Part shown: in pieces, positions 36,124 to 49,078 of the stretch | Layout of the letters: each line of letters opens with the position of its first letter | Position numbering within the stretch: position 1 is the first letter of the stretch | Assembly: GCA_038087875.1 (NCBI GenBank) | Contig: CM075996.1 | Span: forward strand, 5,954,001-6,018,000 | Source: Malacoraja senta | Taxonomy: Eukaryota | Length of the DNA: 64,000 bases | Reading direction: 5' to 3' | Notes under the pieces: generated by a model | The model's database searches: none | Told to the model about the DNA's origin: nothing | What the model saw: only the letters and a program-made list of their open reading frames with translations | Translations under genes and position numbers: made by a program

Positions 36124-37744
36124 TTTGCATTTCTGGTCTTGTGTAATATGGTTCTGAACCTATAGATCTGGGAATAATTTGGTAGGAGCAAAAATCTAAT
36201 TGTATGGAGTTTTTTGTCTTGTTTGCAGCAATGTTCATCCCACATCTATCAATGTGCATGCCGCATTGGTGCAAATAGGCTAGAGTTGGATAAAGACCAA
36301 GGTCGAGATGTCTTTGCATCACTCAAACACAGCTCTGAATGTTATAGTACCATGCAACAGATATGCAAAAACTTCCAAAAGACCATAATTAATAATAGTT
36401 AATTCATAATAATTAAGATTCCAGCTAAAAGAATATCTGTTTTTTGTTGAGAATTTGGAAAGGTTTGATCATTTTCTAATAACCATTATCAAATTAGTTC
36501 TTATTTAAATGTGTTCAATGATTTGAATATGGACCTCTGAATACTTCTATTTACTTCTATATTGTCTATTTAATGCAAGTACAATTGTAGTGATCATTGT
36601 GTTCTGCTTGTTTTTTTCCATTTCTTTCAAAATGAATTACAGTGCTGAGCATAGCAGTAGAGACTGAAGGCTGCTCATGGGAACCTTGATCCCGTCCTTT
36701 ATCGTTCTGTGACTAGAATTTAGGATAGTGAAAGGACAGAATATCGATCTGTTGTCACAATAGCTGTTGCATTTCAACTGCTGAATTTGAAGGACAGTTT
36801 GAGGTCCTTGAATATTTGATACTACTGAAAATTTGTATTGAATCTAATAGTTTTTAATAAATACCAGCTACAGACTAAACTAATCTTGGTCGTCAATTTT
36901 TTTTTTTACTTGCCTGGTAAATTGTTTGGAATTCTAGGCAAAATGAAACAAGACTATTGTAAGTGTAGATCTGCAAGGCACAGGTATTTGTTTAAAATAT
37001 ATCCTTGTTATAATCAGCCATTCTATTTGACCTCAACTTTACAACCCAAATCTACTGGCATTAACGGCTCTTCCACTTTCAGAACATTTGGTAATCTTTT
37101 CATCTTCACCCACCTTCCCCTCCAACTTACCCGTGGATAAAAATCCTTATCCATGCTGTAATTCTATGTGAGAAAAGGCTTGTGTTCTTAAACAATCATA
37201 AATTTAATACTTCATCCACACTGTGCAGCTCATTTCTTGCATCAAATTCCATTTATCTATTGGTTATTGTTCAATGTCCTTCATAGACTACCAATTCAGA
37301 AATGTCTCATTTTTAATACCTTGTTTTCAAACCCTTCTGTCTCATTTCCTAACCGTGTTCAGTCCGAAAGCCCTCAAAGATCTTTACACTGTTCCTTTCC
37401 CGGATTCTATAGTTTTTCCTAATTTTAATTACTTGACCGTTGTCAATTATGTTTTCAGCTTTTGACTCAAGTTGTAGAATCATCTTTCTGAATGCCTTTA
37501 TCCCTTTCTTTCAAGTTGACCATTGATCCTTCACCTTTTGTCTATCCTTTCAATCACTTCTCCTAACGTTAACTTAGCTTAGTGTTGAATTGGGCCAAAT
37601 GAAAACCCGAGAAGGAGCTTGCATCCTTTTACTATGTTCAAGATACTGTGGTTATGGTTAAATCCCTATTTGAATTTCTCAAAAATTTGTGTGAAATTAA
37701 TTTTACTTAGGATGAGAGTAGAATATTGAATCCCACTTGATGTG

Positions 37745-37944
37745 NNNNNNNNNNNNNNNNNNNNNNNNNNNNNNNNNNNNNNNNNNNNNNNNNNNNNNNN
37801 NNNNNNNNNNNNNNNNNNNNNNNNNNNNNNNNNNNNNNNNNNNNNNNNNNNNNNNNNNNNNNNNNNNNNNNNNNNNNNNNNNNNNNNNNNNNNNNNNNNN
37901 NNNNNNNNNNNNNNNNNNNNNNNNNNNNNNNNNNNNNNNNNNNN
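37745..37944. other. Assembly gap (200 N)
   Basis: Run of N. Confidence 1.
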
Positions 37945-38025
37945 TGGTGCAATATTGCGTTGGAACGGGTGAATGGTGGAACCCCGTGTTGGGGAGCAGA
38001 CCCAACGGGTCTGCACTTGGTCTAG
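37945..38025 (+). mobile_element. Helitron-like 3' terminus abutting the gap
   Basis: Perfect hairpin GCAGACCC-AAC-GGGTCTGC (37996-38014), 7-nt spacer, CTAG (38022-38025), then T. Confidence 0.55.
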
Positions 38026-38827
38026 TATGACTATAATGACACTCTTCTAGTGCTATAAGGTTTTTTGGCATTAACTGTATACTTCCCCATACATCCTATC
38101 TTAAACTATAACATTTTATCTCTCTTGAGAATGTTATCGATTGAACCACATCTGACATTGATGAAACAATGCCATGGGATCTTAGACAAGAAGAACATTC
38201 TATGCAATTAAATCTCCCTTGGCTTCCTCTGTTCCAAAGGAAACAAAGCTGGCTTATCTGATATATCCTCTCAGCTGAAATTTTTCATTTCTGGCAACAT
38301 CCTCATAAATTTTTTCTCCGTGCTCTCAGAATCAGTTACATATTTTGTGGAGTTGGTGACCTGAGCTGCATACAGTACTCAAACAGTGGTCTACATTACA
38401 ATTCTGAATTTTCATATTACAATTAGGCAGAGGCAATTCGGCCTAAAGAGTAGAGCAACTGCACTAATTGCTTTGCCAGTGTACTGCCCTATTCTGGCAG
38501 GAAAATTGGATCAAGGTGTACATATTTTCTGTAGTATATTGCAAATATATAGTTCTGTCGGATATTTGCAAATATTGCAAGTATAAGTGATATACATTGT
38601 ACAGATTATAAGTATTCCCTTAACTAGTATCTTATCTTCTGTACTATGGAAAGTTCAGCTCCATCAACACTCTGTTGTCCATCTCCGCAGTACCTACTGC
38701 TGTACTTTGGTTCCACAGCTGACAGCTTCTCATTTAAAAATCACAAGTCTTCCATTTAAATCCATTTGTGGTCTTGTACTTTTCTGTTTTCTGCAACCTT
38801 CTCAAGCCCGACAACTCTCAAAGGACT

Positions 38828-39049
38828 TAGTGTTAAAGAAGGAACTGCAGATGCTGGAAAATCGAAGGTACACAAAAATGCTGGAGAAACTCAGCGGGTG
38901 CAGCAGCATCTATGGAGCGAAGGAAATAGGTAACGTTTCGGGCCGAAACCCTTCTTCAGACTGAAGAAGGGTTTCGGCCCGAAACGTTACCTATTTCCTT
39001 CGCTCCATAGATGCTGCTGCACCCGCTGAGTTTCTCCAGCATTTTTGTG
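38828..39049. mobile_element. Fold-back PLE pLTR insert: perfect palindrome with 89-bp arms, 15-bp TSD, hammerhead motif on both strands
   Basis: 38871-38959 is the exact reverse complement of 38961-39049. AACTCTCAAAGGACT at 38813-38827 and 39050-39064. CTGAAGA-A-GGG-TTTCGG-CCC-GAAAC-GTT starts at the axis. Confidence 0.92.
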
Positions 39050-39371
39050 AACTCTCAAAGGACTGTGTGCTTCCAATTTTGACTCCTTAAACGTCCCGAA
39101 TTGCATCATCCTGCTATTGGCAGTTGATCTCTTGATTGCCCATGCCTCATGTTTGAAAAATGCCTCCCTTCACCTGTTGCTCCTCTTTTTTGATATTTTA
39201 AACTTAATTCTAGCCATTTGTCCTTGTTTAACAAGTAGATCAATGCAAGTTTCTTTACAATGTGCCTGTAAAGTGTTATTAGAATGTTTGAGAATACAAA
39301 GGAACTTTTAATTGTACAATATTATTCAATTGTCAAAAAAATATCCACAGTGCATCAAGTAGCGTATACAA

Positions 39372-39465
39372 TTGAAGAAGGGGCTTGACCCGAAACATCA
39401 CCTATACGTTTTCTCCAGAGATGATGCCTGACCTGCTGAGTTACTCCAGCACTTTGTGTCCTTTT
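39372..39465 (+). mobile_element. PLE pLTR copy (subfamily A), degenerate hammerhead
   Basis: ttgaagaaggggcttgacccgaaacatcacc...gagttactccagcactttgtgtc. A further remnant lies at 39960-40040. Confidence 0.7.
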
Positions 39466-41029
39466 GGTTTTTTTTACACAAAATCATATGATGGGGAAAT
39501 CTGGGATATGATCTCCATATTTCAGTGTTGACAGAGGTATTGGAGTAGCTTGTGTTCAGTCTGCCAGCAGCTATTGTACATCTCATTTTTCTACAAATTA
39601 TTTGTAGAAAAATATCTTGAAGGCTTTTTTTGAAGCACACCAGTTATGTATGCAAGGTGCCCATCGGAAAAAATAAATTCCACAACTTTGTTTTGACCAT
39701 TTTTCATTTGTTTTTTTTGTTTTAATAAAAGGTGAAATTGGATTGTTTTCACAATCTTGGTATACCATCACATGATTTGAGCGTGTGTTTGCTGAAAAAA
39801 CTGATCAAATGTGTGTCTTATTGCAAAGTACTAGTCTTCTACCTTCATTGAAGCTTTGGTCTTTATTTAATTACAGTTATTGGCAATTTCCTTTATGTTG
39901 ATGGCAATTTGACATGTGTGAAAGAGAATGCCTGGGGTCCCCTTCTATGAAAATGGCCAATTCCTTCTATCCAGAGATGCTGCCTGTCCTGCTGAGTTAC
40001 TCTGTCATTTTGTGTCTTTGTTCAGTGTAAACCAGCATCTGGTTGTTTACCTCATGTTGTCTATCATTGTTTAGTTTGAGCCTGCATGTCATATCTTTGC
40101 TGTAAACTGCTAGACCACTATCTTGTGTTGTACGGTTCCTGCTACAAACTGCTGGATGACTGACTTATGATTTGAAGCTGCCATTTTATTATTGCATCAA
40201 AATTTGTGAACGCTGTTATTACTCTCTACCAAGTTGTAATTTGAGTATCAAATACTGGCTTAGATTGCCCTATATGAAAAATCGTCAAAGTATAGACTAT
40301 AAACAAAGCTCATTAATACACTGCTGCAAACCACAATGGTAAAATCAAATAATGTTGCCAATTTAGCCAAAACGTTAGTTTTCTTATTTAATAAAAGATG
40401 AGGTGCAAATAACTACTTAGTTACTTTGAAGCTTCAAATGACATTGCAGTCCTATAACAACTGCAAAACAAGTGAGAACATGGGGATCAGTGCCATTGTG
40501 TAGTTTTAAAACAAACTCATTTACTACGGTTTTAACTTGGGTGGTATTTCATTTGATTACCATGATTTTGGTGTTTGGGAAATGGTGGTGATAATGATTT
40601 GTCAGAGCGGATAAATGCTTTTACATGTCTTCCCAGAAGTTTATTTCATATAGTAATTGGGAATAAATGCTCTCCAAAATTATAAACCTTCAGAAGTTCT
40701 CAATCTAAACATTTCCAAAGTTTTGTTACACCTAAATATGTTATGAAAACATCCCTTGTGAGGCACCATTGAGAAAACAACAAATTAGATGTTTCACTAA
40801 ATGGGTTTCTGCTGTGAAATGTAACCTGGTTTAGAATGAATATTTTATTGTAACAGTGTTACTTGTTTTAATTAGCTCTGTTTATTCGTATAGCATTGTG
40901 AAGTGTTCTGATTTTGTGCAGCTGGTGCTGTGGATTCAGCATTGCTGCCCTCTACTGTTCATTTACTTTAATTGTATGTGCTTCGTGGAGCGATGTCTTT
41001 GACGTATGCCCTTGACTCCATTCTACAGC

Positions 41030-41650
41030 ACACTATCCACTGCAACTTCTGCCCTACCCCAGCCCAGCAAGAGATTGACAAACATTCAGGCTCTGGATCA
41101 GACAAAATCCCTGACGAAGTATTAAAACATTGTAAAGAAATGCTTCTGGCATTAATTTATGTAATCTTCATCTGGGAAGAAAGAAACATGCCAAGGGATC
41201 TCAGAGACATCATAATTTTGCCCATCTTCAAGAAAGAAGACAAGCCCAGTTGTGTTAATTACAGATTAGTCTCCCTTGCTGTCTACATGAGGAAAGTTAT
41301 TGCAAGAATCCCCTTCAACTACCCTCTTAGTAGTTGAAAAGCTCCACCCAGAATTGCAGTGTAGATTCCTCCCATAAGGAGGCCCTATGGACCAGAGTTT
41401 CTGTGTAGCAGCTTCAAGTGTAGCACACAACATTGAGCATTGCACATGGCATTCTTTGACCCAATCAATTGAGGGGTTTATGGAAAATCCCTATAAATTG
41501 ATTATTTCCAAAATACTATTCTCCTTGTGATAACAGGCAAGGCATGATCATCAACATCAGATTCACACAGCCCTAATCTCAATGCAATCTTGGGTTAAGT
41601 AAGGTTATATCCTTGAACCAACCCGTTTGTCTATCTTTTTCACTGTGATG
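41030..41650 (+). mobile_element. Old RTE-like LINE RT fragment
   Basis: SGSDKIPDEV, IWEERNMPRDLRDIIILPIFKKEDKPSCVNYRLVSL, and a downstream GVK*GYIL.P remnant. Confidence 0.65.
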
Positions 41651-42368
41651 TTTACTTCACCTCCCCTCTGATGCAAATGCTGCTGGAGTGAACTGAATTT
41701 ACAGGTGAATGGAGATTGTTCTGTCTTAATCACGTCAACTCCAGACCTGAGATCTCATCACCCTCATTAAATTAGAAAACATGGTCAGTGATGATCGAAT
41801 ATGTGAAAGGAATTTCAAACAAGCATTGAAGGTGGACCCTGCATTAAACGTGGGAAGATAAAGGTCCTTCACCAAATTGCTCTTGCTATGTAACATTACA
41901 TCCTGCTGTTATCTAGCCTTTGCATTCGCTTTGGTTTGAATCTTGTTCAGGCTTTATAAGTGAAATTTTTTAAGTTTCAGTTAACAAACTATTTCTATTC
42001 GTATGTTTTAATACTTTTTGTCCGGAGACTGACTGAAGCAGCTCGGAGAGAGTGCAGAGTATCTTGGATATTTCTTCAGCATGCTGCAAATAATTAATTG
42101 TGTGCCATTTTATAATAGGATCATGAAGCAAGAATAGGCCATTTGGTTCCTTGTGATTGCTTTGCCATAAAGTAAAATTATGTCTAATCTTTTACCTCAG
42201 CGCCACTTCCCTGCACTAATCCTATATTTGTATCACAAAAATTAATTTTGGTATTTAATATTATCAGTGACTTGATACTGATATTTAGGAAGCAGGAAAT
42301 AATGAGGAATAACAGTTTTGAAAGAGAATTCCATTGTAGAGGAGGAATTCAAAATTAAACTGGAGAAG

Positions 42369-42499
42369 TATGTAAGGAGGAACTGCAGATGCTGGTTTAA
42401 ACCAACGATAGACCCAAAATGCTGGAATAACCCATCTCTGATGACAGCATCTCTGGAGAGAAGGAATGGGTGACGTTTCGGGTCAAGACCCTTCTAGAG
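42369..42499 (-). mobile_element. PLE pLTR mini-insert (subfamily A) with 10-bp TSD
   Basis: ACTGGAGAAG at 42359-42368 and 42500-42509. The insert matches 2662-2812. Confidence 0.8.
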
Positions 42500-42759
42500 A
42501 CTGGAGAAGATTCTGCCATTAAGTTGCAATTAAATCAATGAAGATGGTGGGCTAGTTGTGCATTGAAGTAGATTTTGAGGGCATGGATTGATGTGTGATC
42601 ATGTGATTGGTTCTGTAAACATGAGGTATGATGTATCATATTCCACAAATATGAAATTTTGCATGATGCAAATAAGTAATTTGGATTTTTGCATCCATGC
42701 CATTTCTGTAAGATTTACTACTTTTCGTTCTTAATTAGAGACACACCATTTGCCCCCCT

Positions 42760-43470
42760 ATAGTCTTCTGGCACCTCACCCATATGTAATGATGACTCAT
42801 AAATCTCAGCCAGGGCACCTGTAATTTCCTCTCTTGCTTCCCACTGTGTCCTTGGATATATCTGATCAGGCCTGGGGGAATTTGTCTACCTTTATATGCA
42901 GTAGGACTTTCAGCACCTCCTTGACTGTAATACTGACGTCCCTCAAGACATTTCTATTGATTGCCCCAAGTTCCCCGGTTCACATATCTTTCTCCATGAT
43001 AAAATAGGTGAAATACTCATTGAGGACTTTGGCCTTCTGTGCCTTCACACTGTTGACTGCTTTGATTCGTGAGGGACCCTATTCTCTCTCTGGTTATCCC
43101 TTTCCCTTCATGTACTTATAACATCTCTTGCGATTATCCTTAATATTATCTGCCAGAGCTATCCGGTTCCCTTTTTAGCCCTCAGTTACTCAAACTCCTC
43201 CACAGATACAAATGATCCGAGCGACCTTTACCTGCCCCATGCCTAATTATTCTTGACTAGAACCTCAATCTCTAGTCATCCAAGCTTCCTATGCCCACTC
43301 TAACAGGAATATGCATGTCCTGGAGTCTTATCAGCACAGTTTTGAAAACATCCCACTTTACGGATGTTCCTTTTCTTTCAATTAGCCTGTTCCAATCAAC
43401 TTGAAAAAATCCCTGTCTAATATCTTCAAAGTTGGCTATGTCACAATTTTGAATTTTAACTTGTGTCACC
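42760..43470 (-). mobile_element. Old CR1-like ORF2 fragment (endonuclease-RT linker region)
   Basis: Minus ORF ANFEDIRQGFFQVDWNRL...KWDVFKTVLIRLQDMHIPVR and a degenerate SPGPDQIYPRT near 42850-42880. Confidence 0.55.
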
Positions 43471-43592
43471 AACATTTTTTGTGTCTAAATTTTGGAAAAC
43501 GGTTGTAAACTTATATTGGCATACTTTATTATATGACATGTTTGGTACTTGGTCTGGTGGAGATTAAGTTGTTGTACTGTTCTTTTCCCTAG

Positions 43593-43640
43593 GATTCAGC
43601 ACTGGAGTTCAAAGATTGCACAGAGAGGACTGACCTTATG
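43593..43640 (+). CDS. Candidate 48-nt internal exon of an unidentified host gene
   Basis: Acceptor tgttcttttccctag and donor ATG|gtaaga. Length divisible by 3. Open as DSALEFKDCTERTDLM or xIQHWSSKIAQRGLTLx. Non-repetitive sequence, protein not recognised. Confidence 0.55.
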
Positions 43641-43849
43641 GTAAGAAAGCTTTTAGTTTCTACAGAAAACCTTTAATTTACTTACCAGTAATTGTCATCA
43701 CACATTTATTTTGCTTTTGGTAGTCATATTAAAGAGAGTTTCAGTGTCATGTCTGCTCCAAAACCCATTTCTACCCATGCTGATATTATCTAAATTATCT
43801 ATTTTCTTATAAAGTTCATATCAGTAAATATCAGGCTTCTAAAACTGTA

Positions 43850-43937
43850 TATGCCATGATCATATTGAATGGCGGTACAGGCTCGAAGGGCCGAATGGCC
43901 TACTCCTGCACCTATTTTCTATGTATCTATGTATCTA
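43850..43937 (+). mobile_element. CR1 extreme 3' end
   Basis: ggccgaatggcctactcctgcacctattttctatgtatctatgtat is the reverse complement of 9959-10002. Confidence 0.8.
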
Positions 43938-45679
43938 AAAGGTCCTTCCATAAGCTAGAGTACTGTCCCACTCACCTCATCCCCATTGTGTACCTTGGAC
44001 TTTGTCTATGGAACTGATGTGCTGTAGTGCACTACTGTGCTGGGAAATATATTTTGAACACTGTTATCTTTCCTTTTGCTTTATCTATTGAACGAGTTTG
44101 ACGATTGTATTTATGTATGGCATATCTGATCTGTTTGGATAGCATGCAAAACAAAACTTTTCACTGTATCTCGGTGCACATGACAATAATAAACCTAAAT
44201 CTAAAGTAGAATAAATAAATTGGTTTATCAAATTCAGTCAAATCCATTGGCCCTTAAAATCTCTTTGGCTCTCTATTTAATATATTTCATTGCACAGTAA
44301 AGTCTAGGAAGCAGCAGATTACAGATTACTGGTTAGTTTATTGTGATATGCACAAGGATGCAATTATATTTTTTGTTCATATTAAGTTCAGAGTAAAAGT
44401 ATGCATACAGTAATGATAAATACAATAATAATTATGATTATGCGAAAGCAGAATGGTTCAAGTTTGTAATGCAAAAACCAAGTAGTGCAAAAAAATATCA
44501 AAGTACAAGAATAGAATAACCAATGCGGTGAAATTAATGGTACATGGCAGCACCTTTGGGAAAGGAGAGTGAACGAGATGATGGCATTTTCTGGAAGGTA
44601 TAGCTTATCTGTAGAAGTTCGAGGGAATCATCATGGAAGTGCCGAATGTTCTGAGACACCTATAAAAGTCAATATGCTGATGAGCTTTCTTGATCACCAT
44701 TTCAGTGTGAAGGGTCCAAATTAGGTTGCTGGTGATCTGGATGTCTCAGAGCTTGAGCTGTTTACCATCTTTACTGCAATTCCATGGGTGAGGGTGGAGT
44801 TGTGTTTAACCCCACTCTTCTGGTTTTTTTCCAACCAACCCTTTTGCATTACTAAATCTAGCAAATCTAAATCTATTTCCCTCTAATATGGTGGAAATAA
44901 AAGTTTCAAACTCACTTGGCAGAGGGTTTATCAATGATCACTGACAACTCCATTGCCCCTTAACATTTTTTTGGATTGCTGTTTAATTTTATTGCACAAT
45001 AAAATCTAAGAAATTGCATGTTAATTGTGCAACAAAACTGTAGACAAAAATACATTTTATTTTCTATAATGAGTCTATTGTCAGATTATTTAAATGGATA
45101 TATCAGCGCTGTAAACATTTAACATTTCAATTCCTAATTGTAATCATGACTGTTGTGAAATATTTTTCTTTTAAACACAGAGGCCTGGCAAAAAATGCTT
45201 TGACATTCCATACATTTCAGAGTGACCACAGAGGTTTCCTGCAGGAAATGAGCAAACTTGAAATCATAAAATCTCCGAAATTATCACTTAGAATAAGGCA
45301 GAATTTAACCAACTGTTTGCATTTTCATTGTCTGGAACTATCATATTTAACTCACTTCAGTGCTTATCCTTTTATATTATCCCTTTATATTGTTTTACAA
45401 ATCTTTATCCAATTTGTCTGAGTAGACAAGTTTAGTTAATGAGTGAATCAAGAAGATCCCAGACTCTGGAGTTATTTTTTCTGGGTTCTGCAAATGGCCG
45501 TGGTAATGTTGCTTTTGACAGTCATTAGTAGGCTTAATGGAGCAGTATGTTTAATTCAGTCACCTCTGCTGGAAATGCACTGGTAAACATTGCATGAGCA
45601 CATCATTATGTTTGACTGAAATCTAATGTTATCTATCAAGCATCTGTATATTGTGCTTGGCGTTGTAGAACAGAGATAT

Positions 45680-46345
45680 CAGGCAGGCGACAAAAGTGAG
45701 GACTGAAAGTGGCAAGACAGGTGAACAGGATGGTGAGGGTGACATTTGTCAAGCTTGTCTGCATTGAAAATGGTATTGAGTACAAAAGTTGGGACATCAT
45801 GATGCAGCTCTAGAAGTCATTGGTGACACCACACTTGGAGTACTCTGTGCATTTCTGGTTGCCCAGCTATAGGAAGGGTGTCATTAAGTTGTAACGGGTG
45901 CAGAGAAGATTGACGAGGATGTTACCTGGATTTATGGCTTGAGTAACAGAGAGACTGGGACATATTTCTTGGGTGCACAGGAGGCTGAGGGGTGACATTA
46001 TTGAGGGTGTACAAGGTCATGAGGGGTATGGATAAAGTGAATGCTCTATCTTTTTCCCTCGGGGGAGTGGATTCTAAAACTGATGGGCATGGGCTTAAGT
46101 TGAGAGGTGAAAGATTCAAAAGAAATCTGGGGCAACCTTTTTACTCACAGTACTCTGTAACCGGAATGAGCTGCCAGCTGACGTTATTGAAGCGCATACA
46201 GTTATAACTTAAAATACATTTGGACGGTACTTGGACAGGAAGGATTCAATATGGGCCAAATGCAGACAATGAAATTAACCCAGAATGCAACCTGATCACT
46301 ATGGACAAAGTGCACTGAAGGTCCTGTTTCCATGCTGTACAACTC
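45680..46345 (+). mobile_element. Old CR1 3' fragment
   Basis: Decayed LV.PHLEYSVHFWLP and RRLRGDIIEGVQ; 3' tail gaaggtcctgtttccatgctgtacaactc. Confidence 0.7.
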
Positions 46346-48949
46346 AATAACCTCTTTTTGTTCCCCTTCATAGAATTTCGATTTGTGCATGTCTGCTGCC
46401 AATAATGATGACTAATGATTCTATTTTAGAATGCGCATTTAACTATGCGCATATTCAATGTACCAAATTCTGAAAATGGGCTGCATAAACACATGTTTTT
46501 GTAGGTACAATGTAGGATCTTCAGTTAATTCTTCCAGCATAATGCAGAAATTTTAATGCAGCTGCCAATTTTCAAGTGGGTAAGATTTTGCAACTCTCAC
46601 TCGTTGCGCACTGTGATGCCTGCCTCCCTGTCAATTCAGTGTCAAACCCCCTGTTATTGATTTGATATCCCTCTTCTAACATGCAGATGGTAGTATTCCA
46701 ATGACTCTGTTGCCCTTGTCCTTCTCGGTAGTGAATGTTGTGGATTTGGGAAATGGTGTTGCACTAGTCAAGTAGGAAATGATGGAATGGCGGAGTAGAC
46801 TTGGGCCAAATGGCCTAATTCTGCTCCAATCATATGAACTTAGCTGCAGTGCTTTTTAAAGCTAATGAATGTTTAGGCTGATGGATGGGGTGCCAATCAA
46901 GCCTGCTACTTTATCTTGTATAGTGTTGAGCTTCTTGAGAGTTGTTGGTGCCGCCATAGTCACTCGGGTAGGTGGTAAGTGTTCCTTCACAGTCTTAACT
47001 AATGCCTTGTTGATGGTGGGAAGATGTTTGGGGCGTCAGGAGGTATTTGTGTAGCAAGGCCATAGGATACCCATTCTCTGACCTGTTTTGGTAGCTTTGG
47101 TATTTGTGGAGCAAGGCCATTTGTTTCAGTCGTAACTGCCAGGATATTGACAGTGGCGGAATATGCAATAGAAATGCCATTGAATGTTAAGACGTACACA
47201 TAGAGACTTGCTACACAGGAGCATTCACTGCAGCATACCAACTCCATGCTATCCTTCAAATATTAATTTCTACTAATCTTACATTAACCCTATTTTATTC
47301 TTCTCGCTCCTCTATCCGGTGATTTTCAGATTCTACCACTTATCTACACACACTCTGAGAATTTCCCAGTAGCAAATTAACTCACCAACCTGCGCATCTT
47401 TGAGACGTGAGAGAAAACTGGAGCAATAGAAGGAAGCCCACATGATCATGGGGCACCAGTGGTCTGGGTTGAACTGGGATGCTGCTATTATGTGGTATAG
47501 ATTATCTTGTGAGAAATGCTCATTGCATTGTGCCTGTTGCACATATGTTTCCTGTCACATTTTATTCTGTGCCTAAATGTTATTTCGGTATTCCTGTGGG
47601 CAGGCATAGGCTGCATCTTTTATTGATAAGTTTCAAAAGGACTTTGTGCAAACAACTCCACTTGATGAGGCCATTGAATGTGATTAGGCTGAAGACACTG
47701 TGCCCTGAGGAACTCCTGCAGTCCTGCAGTGATGTGCTGCAGCATAATAATTTACATCTAAAAACAACAGCCATCCTCATTTGTCCATTCATACATCACC
47801 CCCTTCCCTCATTCCTCCTCCCCCTTAATTAGTGCTTAATGTAATGTTAATATGATGGTGCTAATTTGAGCGGAGTTTGAAAAACATGACCTTAAATTTC
47901 AGTTATTTTTCACCCTCTGATAGTTGGGCCATTTGGATATGGGGTGGAAAAAGCAAGTTTGGTCTACGGTGGAAACTGTAGTTCGGGAATGGAAAACGTT
48001 AAAGTTAACTGTAATTTGACAGATAATTGTATTCACAGAATGCAGATGGATAAGTGAGTCGTAAGAGCTGAGATTAATGGAAATTACTTAATTTTGCAGT
48101 TCTATTAAAAGATTCAGAATACTTATTTAGGAATGTTTTTTGAAAATGGCTTGATTGTCTTTCACAAATGCTTTGCTGTTCTTTCTATGCACATGTCGAA
48201 GTAGGAAGTTGAGAACATACCGTCTTCTTTTGTAATGGAAGAATTGGTAGGTGGAAAAGAGCCACGGCTCGATCTAGTTTATTTCTTCTGTACAGTAGTG
48301 AGCACTATGTTAAACTCTATTTTAAAATCAGTCCCCAATTCTAAAGTCTTAAAATAGACCCAATGGCATGCAGTATTGATTCAGATAAAACCTTTAGAGA
48401 CTTGGATAAAGTTTCTTGATGTCAAGCATGTAGCACGTGTTGAAGCCAACAGATAAAATTGTAATGTTCCAAGGTCATGATAAACATAAACCTCGGGACT
48501 CATTCCCAATCCTAATTTGAATAATTGAATGCAAATATGTTGAGTTAGTTAATGTGTCTAATTGCATTAAACTCATCGTACAAACAATCAGGCTGCAGCA
48601 CCCTGACATCTTGCTCTTTTACAGACTGATTTGCATTGTTATAGGTCAGATAGGAAGTAGCCTGTCAATCCAACTGGCATTTATACTGAATGTCAGTTTA
48701 GTAGTGAATATTTGGTATTCCTAGATTTAATCCTTTATATCCTGATTGTCAGGAAGTCCTACCACGGTGCCTGCTTTGTATTCATCTTTATATTAGAATT
48801 CTCTGGCAATGTTAAGAGTCAAGTGGGTAAGTGTTAAATTCTGATTAGAATAGTTATGTTATTCTGTCCAACAATACAAAATATTCTTCAGGAAAGAGAA
48901 AACCAAGAAGACCTTTCAACATATGAAGAGGTTTGATAACATACAAAAT

Positions 48950-49078
48950 ACATAGGAAGGAACTGCAGATGCTGTTTTAAGTCGAAGATGGACACAAAAT
49001 GCTGGAGTAACTGCCGACTGGCAGCATCTCTGGATAGAAGGAATGGTGACGTTTTGGGTCGAGACCTTTCTTCAGACT
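48950..49078 (-). mobile_element. PLE pLTR copy (subfamily A)
   Basis: aggaaggaactgcagatgctg...gtgacgttttgggtcgagacctttcttcagact. The GAAA box is mutated at the CpG. Confidence 0.8.

Noticed and set aside
37666..38071. ORFs spanning poly-X
   Set aside because: Artefacts of the 200-N assembly gap.
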